DNA of 63,613 nucleotides, counting the filler, from Candidatus Woesearchaeota archaeon (GTDB lineage: Archaea > Nanobdellota > Nanobdellia > Woesearchaeales > CAZJJJ01), in assembly GCA_046538795.1 (NCBI GenBank). It is 5 parts of 5 records of this genome, joined end to end, with 100 filler letters (N's around TTAATTAATTAA, not from the genome) between each part and the next. Parts side by side here need not be neighbours in the genome. Positions count along the whole stretch, not along the records: positions 1 to 13,854 come from JBKHIF010000037.1; positions 13,955 to 27,361 come from JBKHIF010000038.1; 3 more parts are not named here. One strand, given 5' to 3'. Within the stretch, counting starts at the first letter, position 1; each line of letters opens with the position of its first letter. The translations under genes were made by a program, and so were the position numbers. This document shows positions 9,615 to 18,725 of the stretch, in pieces. The notes under the pieces are model-generated. The model had not been told where the DNA came from, made no database searches, and saw nothing but the letters and a program-made list of their open reading frames with translations.

Positions 9615-10421
9615 ATGAAAAACATGAATTATGATCCTACTGAAATATTTGAAAATAAATACAAAAGAGAGCCAACATCGCAAGAGATGGAATTAATAAA
9701 AAATGAGCTTATTGAAACTCTGGCAAACAAAAACAGATTTTCTGATTATATTGAATCTGCAGCAGAAGTAAACGGTCTTGAAACAATTTCTAAAGAAGAG
9801 TTTAACAGATTCCTTGCAAAAAAGGATATCAACACAATATCGCAATTAGAGTCTGCTTGCAATACATATCTTGAAAAAAATGATGCCCGCGACATCATTA
9901 CAGTTTTTAGAAAACAAGGTTTTATTTCGTTACCGATGATATTTCCTAGTGAAATGAAAATCAACAATGGTGTTGTTACATACATATTTCCACAGGGTCT
10001 AAACAAGACTAGCAATAATGAAGGAACATATGTCTTTAAAATGGATTATTCAAAAAGTAAATCCTTCATTGAGTCTCTTTACAAAGGAATTGCTGAAGAC
10101 AAAGATTTAATCAAATATGTTGCAGGATTTGGCGGCGGACTCCTTGGTGAACTTTTCGGCGGAATGATTCTTAAAAACACAAATCCAGAATATCTAGATG
10201 GCATGGAAGGGGTCTTTACTGTTCTTGGTTTTGCAATCGTTACAGGTATTGCAACTTATTTTGCTGCAAAAAAACCTATCAAAAAGATGATCGACAAGAA
10301 ACGTGAAGAACGTTTTAATAAATTCTCTGAAAAATATATTGAAGGACCAAATAGTCTGTTAGTCGATAAAAGCGAGCAATCTTATGATTTTGATGTCATA
10401 AAAAGAGCGATGGAATTATAA
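9615..10421 (+). CDS. Hypothetical membrane protein
   Basis: 268-aa ORF with two C-terminal Gly-rich hydrophobic segments. Confidence 0.6.
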   Translation: MKNMNYDPTEIFENKYKREPTSQEMELIKNELIETLANKNRFSDYIESAAEVNGLETISKEEFNRFLAKKDINTISQLESACNTYLEKNDARDIITVFRKQGFISLPMIFPSEMKINNGVVTYIFPQGLNKTSNNEGTYVFKMDYSKSKSFIESLYKGIAEDKDLIKYVAGFGGGLLGELFGGMILKNTNPEYLDGMEGVFTVLGFAIVTGIATYFAAKKPIKKMIDKKREERFNKFSEKYIEGPNSLLVDKSEQSYDFDVIKRAMEL

Positions 10422-10458
10422 GAAAAAATAGAAAAGTAAAAAAATTAAAAAAATTAAT

Positions 10459-10695
10459 CTACATGCTTTCAATTGCTTTTTGTAAGATAGGAAGAACCTT
10501 TTCTGCTTCCTCTTTTGTCATTCTTCCAAGCTTTGAAAATGTCCAGTCACCTGTATTTTGGTTCCTGTTAACCCTTGATATCTGAAGCTTAGGAGTTCCA
10601 TCATTATATGAATGTACACTTACTGTTATTTTGGTCATCTCAAACTCAACATCTTCTGAAAACAATACTTTATCAAGACTTTTGTCAAATGGCAT
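10459..10695 (-). CDS. Small conserved-looking protein, possibly PC4-like ssDNA-binding fold
   Basis: GGTGA RBS; VSVHSYNDGTPKLQISR...FSKLGRMT beta-rich pattern followed by a C-terminal helix. Confidence 0.6.
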   Translation of the reverse strand: MPFDKSLDKVLFSEDVEFEMTKITVSVHSYNDGTPKLQISRVNRNQNTGDWTFSKLGRMTKEEAEKVLPILQKAIESM

Positions 10696-10810
10696 TTTTT
10701 AATCACCCGCTTGCTTTGAGGTTCAGGTTCTTTTTTAAATGTTTCGCATAGCTCATTTGCATGCCTTAAAAATAAAAAATTTTATTAAGTTTAAAAATAA
10801 AAAAACTATT

Positions 10811-11755
10811 ATGTTTGTTGATGTCGTCCAAGTATTAGTGAAACTTCTTGCATCGTTTTTTCTAGCAATCTCAGGATTTCTTATGTATTCTGACTGGAAA
10901 GAAAAAAAAAGACACACTCTTTTCTACTGGAGCATAGGCCTTATAATCTGGGCGATTGTTTGTTTGTTAGACATCTTTGCATTTGCAGAATTATCACCAG
11001 AAAACTCGCTTTTTATCCTCATAAGGAATATAATAATGGCAGTATCTTTTATCCTATTTTTTCTTCATGGAACACTTATTTTGCTTCTTCCAGAAAAACA
11101 GGCAAAGCCACTCATACTCGTATATTTCGGACTTGTTGTTTATCTTGAGATTTTTTTCACTCAAAACGTCCCTAATATATACATGAAGCAAGCAATGAAT
11201 AATGTCTACATGATAAATCCATTAAGCATAGTGTTCTTTTTCTATTTCATGAATTATTATGTCAAGCTAAAAGATAAGAAGATACTGAAAATCGCAATAA
11301 ACTGGGGAGTTATATTCATACTAAATCTTCTTTTTATAGCGCTTGTAAGCTCCAAAGTTATTCCTCTTGTTGATCTCACAATAATCCTCATCTACTCATC
11401 AATTTTGTTTATAGCATTCAGCTTCTACAACGTAAAGAACACATCAGAGGAGGTATGGGACGCAATTACCACGCCAAAGCATTATGTTGTAGATAAAAAC
11501 ATAGAATATTTCCTCTCAAACTACCTTGGAGATAAGGCTCATAATGCTATTGTTGATGGGCTAAAAGATGTTGGAGCAACAAGATTCAGCGACATGAAAG
11601 ATTTTCAGAAAGGCCAGTTCATAGACCACATACTTGACAAAAACTTTGCAGATCTCTCGGCGCAGAGAGGTGCTCTTATAAAAACAAAACTCATACATCT
11701 CCTGGGAATGTCAAGTCCTGGAACATACTGGAGGGCGGCAGACACAGAATTCTGA
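10811..11755 (+). CDS. Polytopic membrane protein (~7 TM) with soluble C-terminal domain
   Basis: Repeated hydrophobic helices; start moved to ATG 10811. Confidence 0.7.
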   Translation: MFVDVVQVLVKLLASFFLAISGFLMYSDWKEKKRHTLFYWSIGLIIWAIVCLLDIFAFAELSPENSLFILIRNIIMAVSFILFFLHGTLILLLPEKQAKPLILVYFGLVVYLEIFFTQNVPNIYMKQAMNNVYMINPLSIVFFFYFMNYYVKLKDKKILKIAINWGVIFILNLLFIALVSSKVIPLVDLTIILIYSSILFIAFSFYNVKNTSEEVWDAITTPKHYVVDKNIEYFLSNYLGDKAHNAIVDGLKDVGATRFSDMKDFQKGQFIDHILDKNFADLSAQRGALIKTKLIHLLGMSSPGTYWRAADTEF

Positions 11756-11791
11756 AAAACAATAAAACATAAGGACTCAAGGGTGAATCAT

Positions 11792-12469
11792 ATGAACTAT
11801 AAGATAAGAGGAACAACACTTCAGATTGCAGATATACAGCTTTCTGCAAACGAATCTATCTATACTGAACGTGGTGGGATGTCCTGGATGAGCGATAATA
11901 TAAAGATGGAGACTAACATGAAAGGAGGGCTTGGAAAAGGCATAATGAGAGCGTTCTCCGGAGAATCAATGTTTCTTACCACATATACGTGTGAGTCAGG
12001 CCAGGGCCTAATATCCTTTGCAAACGAGTTTCCCGGAAAGATAGTTCCCATGAAACTTGGAGAGACACATAGCATAATATGCCAGAAAGACTCATTCATG
12101 GTTGCAGAAAACACAGTTAAGCTTGACATTCATTTTCAGAAAAAATTTGGAGCAGGTCTTTTCGGAGGAGAAGGCTTCATAATGCAGAAAATATCAGGAA
12201 CAGGCACAGCATTTTTGGAAGTTGCAGGAGAAATAACAGAATATGTTCTTAATCCAGGCCAGATTTTAAAAGTTGATCCAGGACATATTGCTTTCATGCA
12301 GGCATCTGTAGAATATGATATTGTAAGCGTAAAGGGATTCAAAAACGTCTTTTTCGGAGGAGAAGGATTATTTCTTGCAGAACTAAAAGGACCGGGAAAG
12401 GTTTGGCTTCAGAGCATGCCTATCTCAAACCTTGCGATGAAACTTGCAAAATACATGCCGCACAAATGA
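11792..12469 (+). CDS. AIM24/TIGR00266 family protein
   Basis: GESMF, FGGEGFIMQK, FGGEGLF..L.GPGKVWLQSMP repeats. Confidence 0.92.
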   Translation: MNYKIRGTTLQIADIQLSANESIYTERGGMSWMSDNIKMETNMKGGLGKGIMRAFSGESMFLTTYTCESGQGLISFANEFPGKIVPMKLGETHSIICQKDSFMVAENTVKLDIHFQKKFGAGLFGGEGFIMQKISGTGTAFLEVAGEITEYVLNPGQILKVDPGHIAFMQASVEYDIVSVKGFKNVFFGGEGLFLAELKGPGKVWLQSMPISNLAMKLAKYMPHK

Positions 12470-12636
12470 TAAAGATGGAACTAAAAGAAATCATTGTAAT
12501 TGCTGTCTTTGGATTCTTTTTTCTTGCAGGAATAATAATCCCAATAATATTCTATATTATAAAAAGAAAAAACAAAAAGACTGATTCTGTTAACAGCAAT
12601 TTTTCAATTGAACAGGGAAAAGAGATCGAAAAATAG
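12466..12636 (+). CDS. Small single-pass membrane protein
   Basis: ATGA overlap with upstream stop; 25-aa hydrophobic stretch followed by a basic tail. Confidence 0.55.
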   Translation: MIKMELKEIIVIAVFGFFFLAGIIIPIIFYIIKRKNKKTDSVNSNFSIEQGKEIEK

Positions 12637-12951
12637 CTATTCAGTCAAAAGACCCCTTTCTTTTACAAACTTAGGATCATAAAACCCCTCATTGTATAAA
12701 TAGATGAAAAAATCAAGAACATCAAGAGCCTGTGTCTGATAATTATCTCCTGAAACAAGTTTGCCTGAAAGCACATTTAAGCATTCCTCAAGACTCCACA
12801 ATTTCCCATTTCGTGGAGAGATAATATAATCATCAAATATATTTTCTGAAAGATAACTGGTTTCTAATTCTCTCCATCCACGTCTGAAATAATCTTCTCT
12901 TAAAAACTCAACTTCATCTATATCCATTAAATAGAAACTAATCTCATTCAT
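12637..12951 (-). CDS. Hypothetical protein
   Basis: 104-aa ORF. Confidence 0.5.
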   Translation of the reverse strand: MNEISFYLMDIDEVEFLREDYFRRGWRELETSYLSENIFDDYIISPRNGKLWSLEECLNVLSGKLVSGDNYQTQALDVLDFFIYLYNEGFYDPKFVKERGLLTE

Positions 12952-13030
12952 GTGAAAAAAGAAAATTATAATTGTTTTTAATTGTTATGAAAAAGCCAGA
13001 TTTATATAATATCAAACCATAAAGAAATAT

Positions 13031-13674
13031 ATGAAAATCAGAAAATATAACAAATCTGATAAAAAAAGCGTTGAAAAGATACATTTTGAAACAGGATTCA
13101 TCGGAAAATCCATGTCAAAACTTCTTTCTGATAACCGATTGTGGAACAAAAATATAACTCACTATCTTGAGAAGTAACCTGAAAACATAATTGTCCTTGA
13201 AGACAAAGGAAAAATTAGAGGGTATATTCTTGGAAGTTTAGACGACAAATCTGAATCAAAAATAAAACAATTAATCAATCTTTTAAGCAGTTTCATAAAA
13301 AGCAGGTTTCTGGCAAAAAAAGACAGGATTTTTTGGAATGAGCAGATTCTTCTTGTAGTAAAAGCATTAACGGGATTTTCAGAAGAAGCAAAATTTAGTA
13401 CTCCAAAAAATTCAGGACACATCCATATAAATCTTCTCCCAGAAGTAAGAGGCAAAGGATATGGGAGCAAACTTTTGAAAAAATTTGAAGAACGAGCAAA
13501 AAAAACAATGTAAAAAAAATCTATGCTGCAAGCTATGAAACAAGAATTAATCCAAACAAAAAATTCTGGATTAAAAATAGATTCAAAGAATATTCACGAA
13601 TAAATACAACTGTCTGGAAAAGATGGTACCCTGAGGAAAAAATCGATATTGTATGCTATGTTAAAAAAATATAA
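13031..13674 (+). pseudogene. GNAT-family acetyltransferase pseudogene
   Basis: MKIRKY...; in-frame TAA at 13175; HIHINLLPEVRGKGYGSKLL motif A; frameshift in A8 run 13498-13505; continues to TAA 13674. Confidence 0.85.
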
Positions 13675-13717
13675 CTCAACCAAATATTTTTATACCTGAT
13701 GAAACAAGAAATAAGCA

Positions 13718-13854
13718 ATGTCTAAAAAAAATACTAATAATAATACTGCAATTATTTCCATAATAATTCTTTCTGTAATCATCTTGACAGTATCATTTCT
13801 TTATTACCAAAACATAGAACTTGCAAACGAACTAAAAGAAACAAACCAAAACCT
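13718..13854 (+). CDS. Partial hypothetical membrane-anchored protein (3' truncated by gap)
   Basis: ATG, hydrophobic helix, then coiled-coil running into Ns. Confidence 0.55.
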
Positions 13855-13954
13855 NNNNNNNNNNNNNNNNNNNNNNNNNNNNNNNNNNNNNNNNNNNNTT
13901 AATTAATTAANNNNNNNNNNNNNNNNNNNNNNNNNNNNNNNNNNNNNNNNNNNN
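13855..13954. other. Artificial contig linker
   Basis: 100 bp of N with central TTAATTAATTAA (stops in six frames). Confidence 0.98.
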
Positions 13955-14253
13955 ATGATGTTTTAGCGCAACTTGAAAATCTAGAAAAACAGCTTAAGAA
14001 ATATGAGAAATTAAAACATCTTGGAAAAGAAACAGAACATCTTGCTGAAAAGGTAAAACACACTCTTAAAAGAAAAGGACAAAAGGTAATTGATGAAATT
14101 AAAAAGCTTAATCTCAATAAAACACCTTCTGAGATCCAGAAACAGATTACAGATAGGTTAATGCATATAATTGAAGCAATAGAAGAATTCTATAAAAAAT
14201 GTGAAAAATACTACAAGACTGCAGAAGAAATCCAAAAGAAGATTGCTATCTGA
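13955..14253 (+). CDS. Partial hypothetical coiled-coil protein (5' truncated)
   Basis: Open frame DVLAQLENLEKQLKKY...KIAI* from the contig edge. Confidence 0.55.
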
Positions 14254-14261
14254 TCACCAAA

Positions 14262-14816
14262 ATGTCTAAAGATGATTTTCTCACAGAAAAAGAAGCAATA
14301 GATCTTCTGAAAAAACATTCTAAAGGAGATGAAAAAGCCTTCACTCTTGTCTATGAGCACTCAAGGGCTGTAAAAGAACTTGCATTAAAGACCTGCAAAA
14401 ACCTTAAGCCTGAAATCAAGATAGATATCCACCTAATAGAGATAGGCTCTATTTTGCACGACATAGGGCGTTTTGATTGTCCACCAGGAAAAGAGAGCAT
14501 AAAACACGGCATAACAGGATCTAAGATTCTTCTTAAAGAGAACCTGCCAAAATGCGCAAACATAGCAGAAAGACACACAGGCATAGGAATAACAAAACAA
14601 GACATAATATTGCAAAAGCTCCCTCTTCCTGTCAAGGATTATGTTCCTGAAACAAACGAAGAAAAGATAATCTGCTATGCAGACAACAGGATAAAAGGAA
14701 CAGAGGTCATGGATGAAAATTATGTTGTTGAGCGTTTTTCAGAAGAAATAGGACCTGAATATGGGGAAAGAACAAAAAACTTCCATGAAGAGATAAGAAA
14801 AATGATGAAACAATAA
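14262..14816 (+). CDS. HD-domain phosphohydrolase
   Basis: H...LHDIGR...HG...ERH...YAD motifs. Confidence 0.9.
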   Translation: MSKDDFLTEKEAIDLLKKHSKGDEKAFTLVYEHSRAVKELALKTCKNLKPEIKIDIHLIEIGSILHDIGRFDCPPGKESIKHGITGSKILLKENLPKCANIAERHTGIGITKQDIILQKLPLPVKDYVPETNEEKIICYADNRIKGTEVMDENYVVERFSEEIGPEYGERTKNFHEEIRKMMKQ

Positions 14817-14844
14817 TAAAAATAATAATAATAATAACTTATTT

Positions 14845-15078
14845 TTACTCCACAGCCTGGACTTCTTTCACCTGAGGAACTTCTTCCACAATAGCATGCT
14901 CAACGCCCAATTTAAGCGTGTATATTGCATGAGGACAATGACCACATGCCCCGGTAAGACGAACCTTTACGATACCATCGTCAAAACCAACATATTCAAT
15001 GTCTCCGCCGTCAGCCTGAAGAGCAGGCCTTATCTTTTCAATAACTGATTTAATCTTATCTTCCATATTATCAACCAT
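14845..15078 (-). CDS. NifU/NfuA C-terminal domain Fe-S carrier
   Basis: IRPALQADGGDIE...LTGACGHCP; GAGGT RBS before ATG 15078. Confidence 0.92.
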   Translation of the reverse strand: MVDNMEDKIKSVIEKIRPALQADGGDIEYVGFDDGIVKVRLTGACGHCPHAIYTLKLGVEHAIVEEVPQVKEVQAVE

Positions 15079-15128
15079 TTTTTTATACCTCAAACCCATT
15101 CAGCCTGATTTAAAAAACATATCTTTAA

Positions 15129-15590
15129 CTATCTTTTCTTGCTCAATAATTTAGTCAATTCTTCACTGAATGACTTAAGATCTGTAAACTCTCTATAGAC
15201 TGACGCAAACCGTATATATGCAATCTTATCAGTCTCTTCAAGCTTTTTCATTACGATTTCACCAACTACAGAACTTGGAATCTCTGAAGAATTCCTGCCT
15301 CTTAATTCAGATTCGATCTCAGCCATCATCTTTTCGATATCTTCTGTTGATACCGGACGTTTTTCACAGGCTCTCTTGATTCCAGAAAGAAGTTTGTTAC
15401 GGTCAAACGACTCTCTTCGTCCGTCTTTTTTTACGATCATTATGTTCGTATCTTCAACAGTTTCATATGTAGTGAAGCGTCTGTTGCATTTTAGGCATTC
15501 ACGCCGTCTTCTTGTAATTTCCTGATTCTCTCCAGTCTCTCTCTTATCGATAACCTTTGATTCTTCATAAGCGCAGTATGGGCATCTCAT
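15129..15590 (-). CDS. nrdR: Transcriptional repressor NrdR
   Basis: MRCPYC...RRRRECLKC..RFTTYE zinc ribbon, VKKDGRRE.F ATP-cone, AYIRFASVYREF. Confidence 0.96.
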   Translation of the reverse strand: MRCPYCAYEESKVIDKRETGENQEITRRRRECLKCNRRFTTYETVEDTNIMIVKKDGRRESFDRNKLLSGIKRACEKRPVSTEDIEKMMAEIESELRGRNSSEIPSSVVGEIVMKKLEETDKIAYIRFASVYREFTDLKSFSEELTKLLSKKR

Positions 15591-15616
15591 AAAATAATGT
15601 ACATTTCGAGAATTAT

Positions 15617-16510
15617 TTAAAGGTTTTGAATGGTCTTTGAAAATCTAAAGGTAAAAACAGCAATAATGCGTGAAAATAATGATTTTTTGAAAAGGTTTCC
15701 TCTAAGCCCATCATTTATGTTTTTGAAATGCGTGTGAACAAGAAAATTGCTTGCTTTCTGGCTGAGTCTTATATTATGGCTTATCTTTCTTATGAAATTA
15801 TCTGAATAACCAAACCTTCCCAGAGAAGATAAAACCTGCTTAATAGTAAAGCCTGAAGCAGAGATTATCCTGATTTTCTTTATGATTGTATATATATTTG
15901 AATTTGGGTAAATCAGGAAAGACTCGCGTATCATGTTATCAAGCTCATTTTCAATCTCCCTGAAAGAAGAATTCACCATATGGAAATCCCATCCATGATC
16001 AAGAAGCACCTGTTTTATCTTGAGATCAGAATAATCATAATAAGCGATTATAGAGAATAATTTTTTAAGATTATGTATAAGAAAATCAATATTTTTGTGC
16101 GGAGTATCAAGCCCGATGTCGTCCATATAATATTGTATGCTTTTTTTCATGCTCTCTTCTGAAAACAATAAGGGAAGCGAAAAATATGAACATTCTCTTA
16201 TCTTTGATATGGTTTTTCGTCCACGCATGAGTCCTGTATAGCTCAGGATGCTGTCATAACCTTTTAGTCTTATATAAAGTGGTTTTTCATCTATCCTTGT
16301 TTCTCTGAAAACACTGAACATTTCTTTTTCATTTCTGGAATAAAATGATGCATAGATATTTGCAAAGATTGCAAAAACACCCAATAAAATTGCTGCAAGG
16401 ATTATATGAAGACTGTAATCCCATTGCATGATAACCCCATATGCATAGCTTAAACTATTAAAAAAATTATTGAAATATATTTCCATGTTTGAAAAAGATG
16501 ATTGAAACAT
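15617..16510 (-). CDS. Hypothetical membrane-anchored protein
   Basis: 297-aa ORF with one N-terminal TM; GGAG RBS. Confidence 0.6.
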   Translation of the reverse strand: MFQSSFSNMEIYFNNFFNSLSYAYGVIMQWDYSLHIILAAILLGVFAIFANIYASFYSRNEKEMFSVFRETRIDEKPLYIRLKGYDSILSYTGLMRGRKTISKIRECSYFSLPLLFSEESMKKSIQYYMDDIGLDTPHKNIDFLIHNLKKLFSIIAYYDYSDLKIKQVLLDHGWDFHMVNSSFREIENELDNMIRESFLIYPNSNIYTIIKKIRIISASGFTIKQVLSSLGRFGYSDNFIRKISHNIRLSQKASNFLVHTHFKNINDGLRGNLFKKSLFSRIIAVFTFRFSKTIQNL

Positions 16511-16558
16511 ATTTGACTCCTGTTTTTCAAAGTAAAACCTAAAACAGGATCACCTGCC

Positions 16559-17509
16559 TCAGGAGAACATGTAAACTCTTTTTTGGTTCACAAGGTCAGG
16601 AACAACTATTGAGATTGTCCTTGGAGTTCCTGATTTAGGAACAAGACGCACATCCATCTCTTCATCTTCATGTATTGCATGCGGAGCGACAAGCGCAAGC
16701 TTTACCACATCTCCTCTCTGAAGATATCCTTCAAGATACTTGCTTGATTTCATAAGGTAATCAACAGAATATGCACCCTGCTCAAAAGCAGTACCCTCAC
16801 CTACTATCATAAGAGTGTTAGTATCAAGTCTTCCTGCTGTAGTACTGTATCCGACCAGACTTAATGTTCCATAAGCTACTCCATCACCATCTTCTATCCT
16901 TGAATTAAATGTCCTGAAATGTACTGGGGATGATTCTGACGCAGATGATATATTCTGGTTTGATCCAGAATCAAAAGATAGACGTACAAATGAAAGGAAG
17001 GAATTTGATGAATTAGATATATTGAATCCAATGTGGGTCTCATTGACAAAAGCATAATAATCAACCTGATCATCACCTGAGAAGTCAACAATATAATTGT
17101 CCAACGCAAACCAGGTCGTATTATCTATATTAGTTGGATCACCATCTATAGCAAGGTCATGTATCCTTTCTCCATATACAGAGTCTATTGAAGTTGTAGC
17201 AGTATCTATCTCTAAAAGCAGATCCTTGAATTTAAGGGCATCAGATCCTGGCGCAAGCTTCATCTTCATATAGAATGACTCAAGCGTCTTATCTGATCCG
17301 TCTTCTCCATAGACAAGAATTGTTGAAATGCCTGTACCAATCTCCTGTTTTGCCTTTTCTCCTGTGAGAAGAGCCTTGTTTTGAAGAGCAGTCGCAGTCT
17401 GAATGATTACTCCTGCAGCAATAGCTGCAACAACTATCATTGCGATAAAGACTATCAGTGTTCCAATTGCCATGTCAGCTTTCTTGTTTTTCATTTTTTT
17501 CATAAGCAT
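16559..17509 (-). CDS. flaB: Archaellin (archaeal flagellin) 2
   Basis: KKA|DMAIGTLIVFIAMIVVAAIAAGVIIQTA..LQNKA..TG class III leader and archaellin helix; KLAPGSD motif. Confidence 0.9.
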   Translation of the reverse strand: MLMKKMKNKKADMAIGTLIVFIAMIVVAAIAAGVIIQTATALQNKALLTGEKAKQEIGTGISTILVYGEDGSDKTLESFYMKMKLAPGSDALKFKDLLLEIDTATTSIDSVYGERIHDLAIDGDPTNIDNTTWFALDNYIVDFSGDDQVDYYAFVNETHIGFNISNSSNSFLSFVRLSFDSGSNQNISSASESSPVHFRTFNSRIEDGDGVAYGTLSLVGYSTTAGRLDTNTLMIVGEGTAFEQGAYSVDYLMKSSKYLEGYLQRGDVVKLALVAPHAIHEDEEMDVRLVPKSGTPRTISIVVPDLVNQKRVYMFS

Positions 17510-17544
17510 AAAACATCACCGTAAAAATCATTAGTATCATCTAA

Positions 17545-18441
17545 CTATGAAAACATATATACTCTTTTTTGATTGACAAGATCAGGAACAACAATTGAAA
17601 CTGTTCTTGGAGTTCCTGATTTAGGGACAAGACGCACATCAATTTCTTCATCTTCATGTATTGCATGCGGAGCGATAAGCGCAAGCTTTACTACATCTCC
17701 TCTCTGGAAATATCCTTCAAGATACTTGCTTGATTTCATAAGGTAATCAACAGAATATGCACCCTGCTCATAGGACGTTCCTTCGCCTATGATAACTAAA
17801 ACCTCATCGTCAAGGACACCTGCTGTGCTTGTTTTTCCTACAACACTTGCAGTTCCGTACTTGGTTGTTCCATTTGTTATGTATGAATTGAACGTGCTAA
17901 TCTCAACAGGATTTGCAGTACTTGCTGATGAAATATCTCCTGAAACCGACAATGCAAGCGAAGCCATGATTCTTGAAGAGACAGATCCGTTTGAGATGTT
18001 GAAAAGCAAGGAGTTTCCATTTAATCTTACATAATCAACAAAATCATCATTATTAAGGTCAACTATATAATTGTCAAGAGCAACATAATCAGAATCAAGA
18101 TTTCTTAGTCTTTCTCCATATATAGCATCAACCGATGAAGTTGGAGTATCAACTTCAAGGAGTAGATCCTTGAATTTCAGCGCATCTGAACCCGGAGCAA
18201 GCTTCATCTTTATATAGAATGACTCAAGCGTCTTATCAGAACCATCTTCTCCATAGACAAGAATTGTTGAAATGCCTGTACCGATTTGCTGTTTTGCCTT
18301 CTCGCCCGTAAGAAGAGCCTTGTTTTGAAGAGCTGTCGCAGTCTGGATGATTACTCCTGCAGCAATAGCAGCTACAACAATCATCGCGATAAATATTATC
18401 AATGTTCCTATAGCCATGTCAGCTTTTTTGTTGTCCATCAT
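17545..18441 (-). CDS. flaB: Archaellin (archaeal flagellin) 1
   Basis: Same N-terminal signature; paralogue of the adjacent gene. Confidence 0.9.
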   Translation of the reverse strand: MMDNKKADMAIGTLIIFIAMIVVAAIAAGVIIQTATALQNKALLTGEKAKQQIGTGISTILVYGEDGSDKTLESFYIKMKLAPGSDALKFKDLLLEVDTPTSSVDAIYGERLRNLDSDYVALDNYIVDLNNDDFVDYVRLNGNSLLFNISNGSVSSRIMASLALSVSGDISSASTANPVEISTFNSYITNGTTKYGTASVVGKTSTAGVLDDEVLVIIGEGTSYEQGAYSVDYLMKSSKYLEGYFQRGDVVKLALIAPHAIHEDEEIDVRLVPKSGTPRTVSIVVPDLVNQKRVYMFS

Positions 18442-18725
18442 GATTCTCTCCTCGAGATTGCAATATATTAGTATACTTTTTAGTATATTAGGGTATCACA
18501 CATATATAAAGGTATCGTTTGATTTTATAAACAAACCAAAATACATATGTTTTTTCATCGAGAAATAAAGAATACAACTGCTATCTAATCTTAAAAAAGG
18601 AGTGTTTGCTTGTTGAATTTTCTAATTGAAAACTATCAACCTAAATGTCGAAGTATTGCCTAAAAAGGGTACTCTTTTAGCAAAACCTCTTTGCTAGTTC
18701 TCAATAAGAACAAGACAAAGCAAAA

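Noticed and set aside
13899..13910. TTAATTAATTAA repeated at four places
   Set aside because: Artificial contig-joining linker, always embedded in Ns
14812..14838. AAT microsatellite
   Set aside because: Short low-complexity tract between convergent genes, probably a terminator region
18656..18682. Possible inverted degenerate fourth R1 copy (AAGGGTACTCTT)
   Set aside because: Only a 12-bp exact match with weak flanks; could be chance
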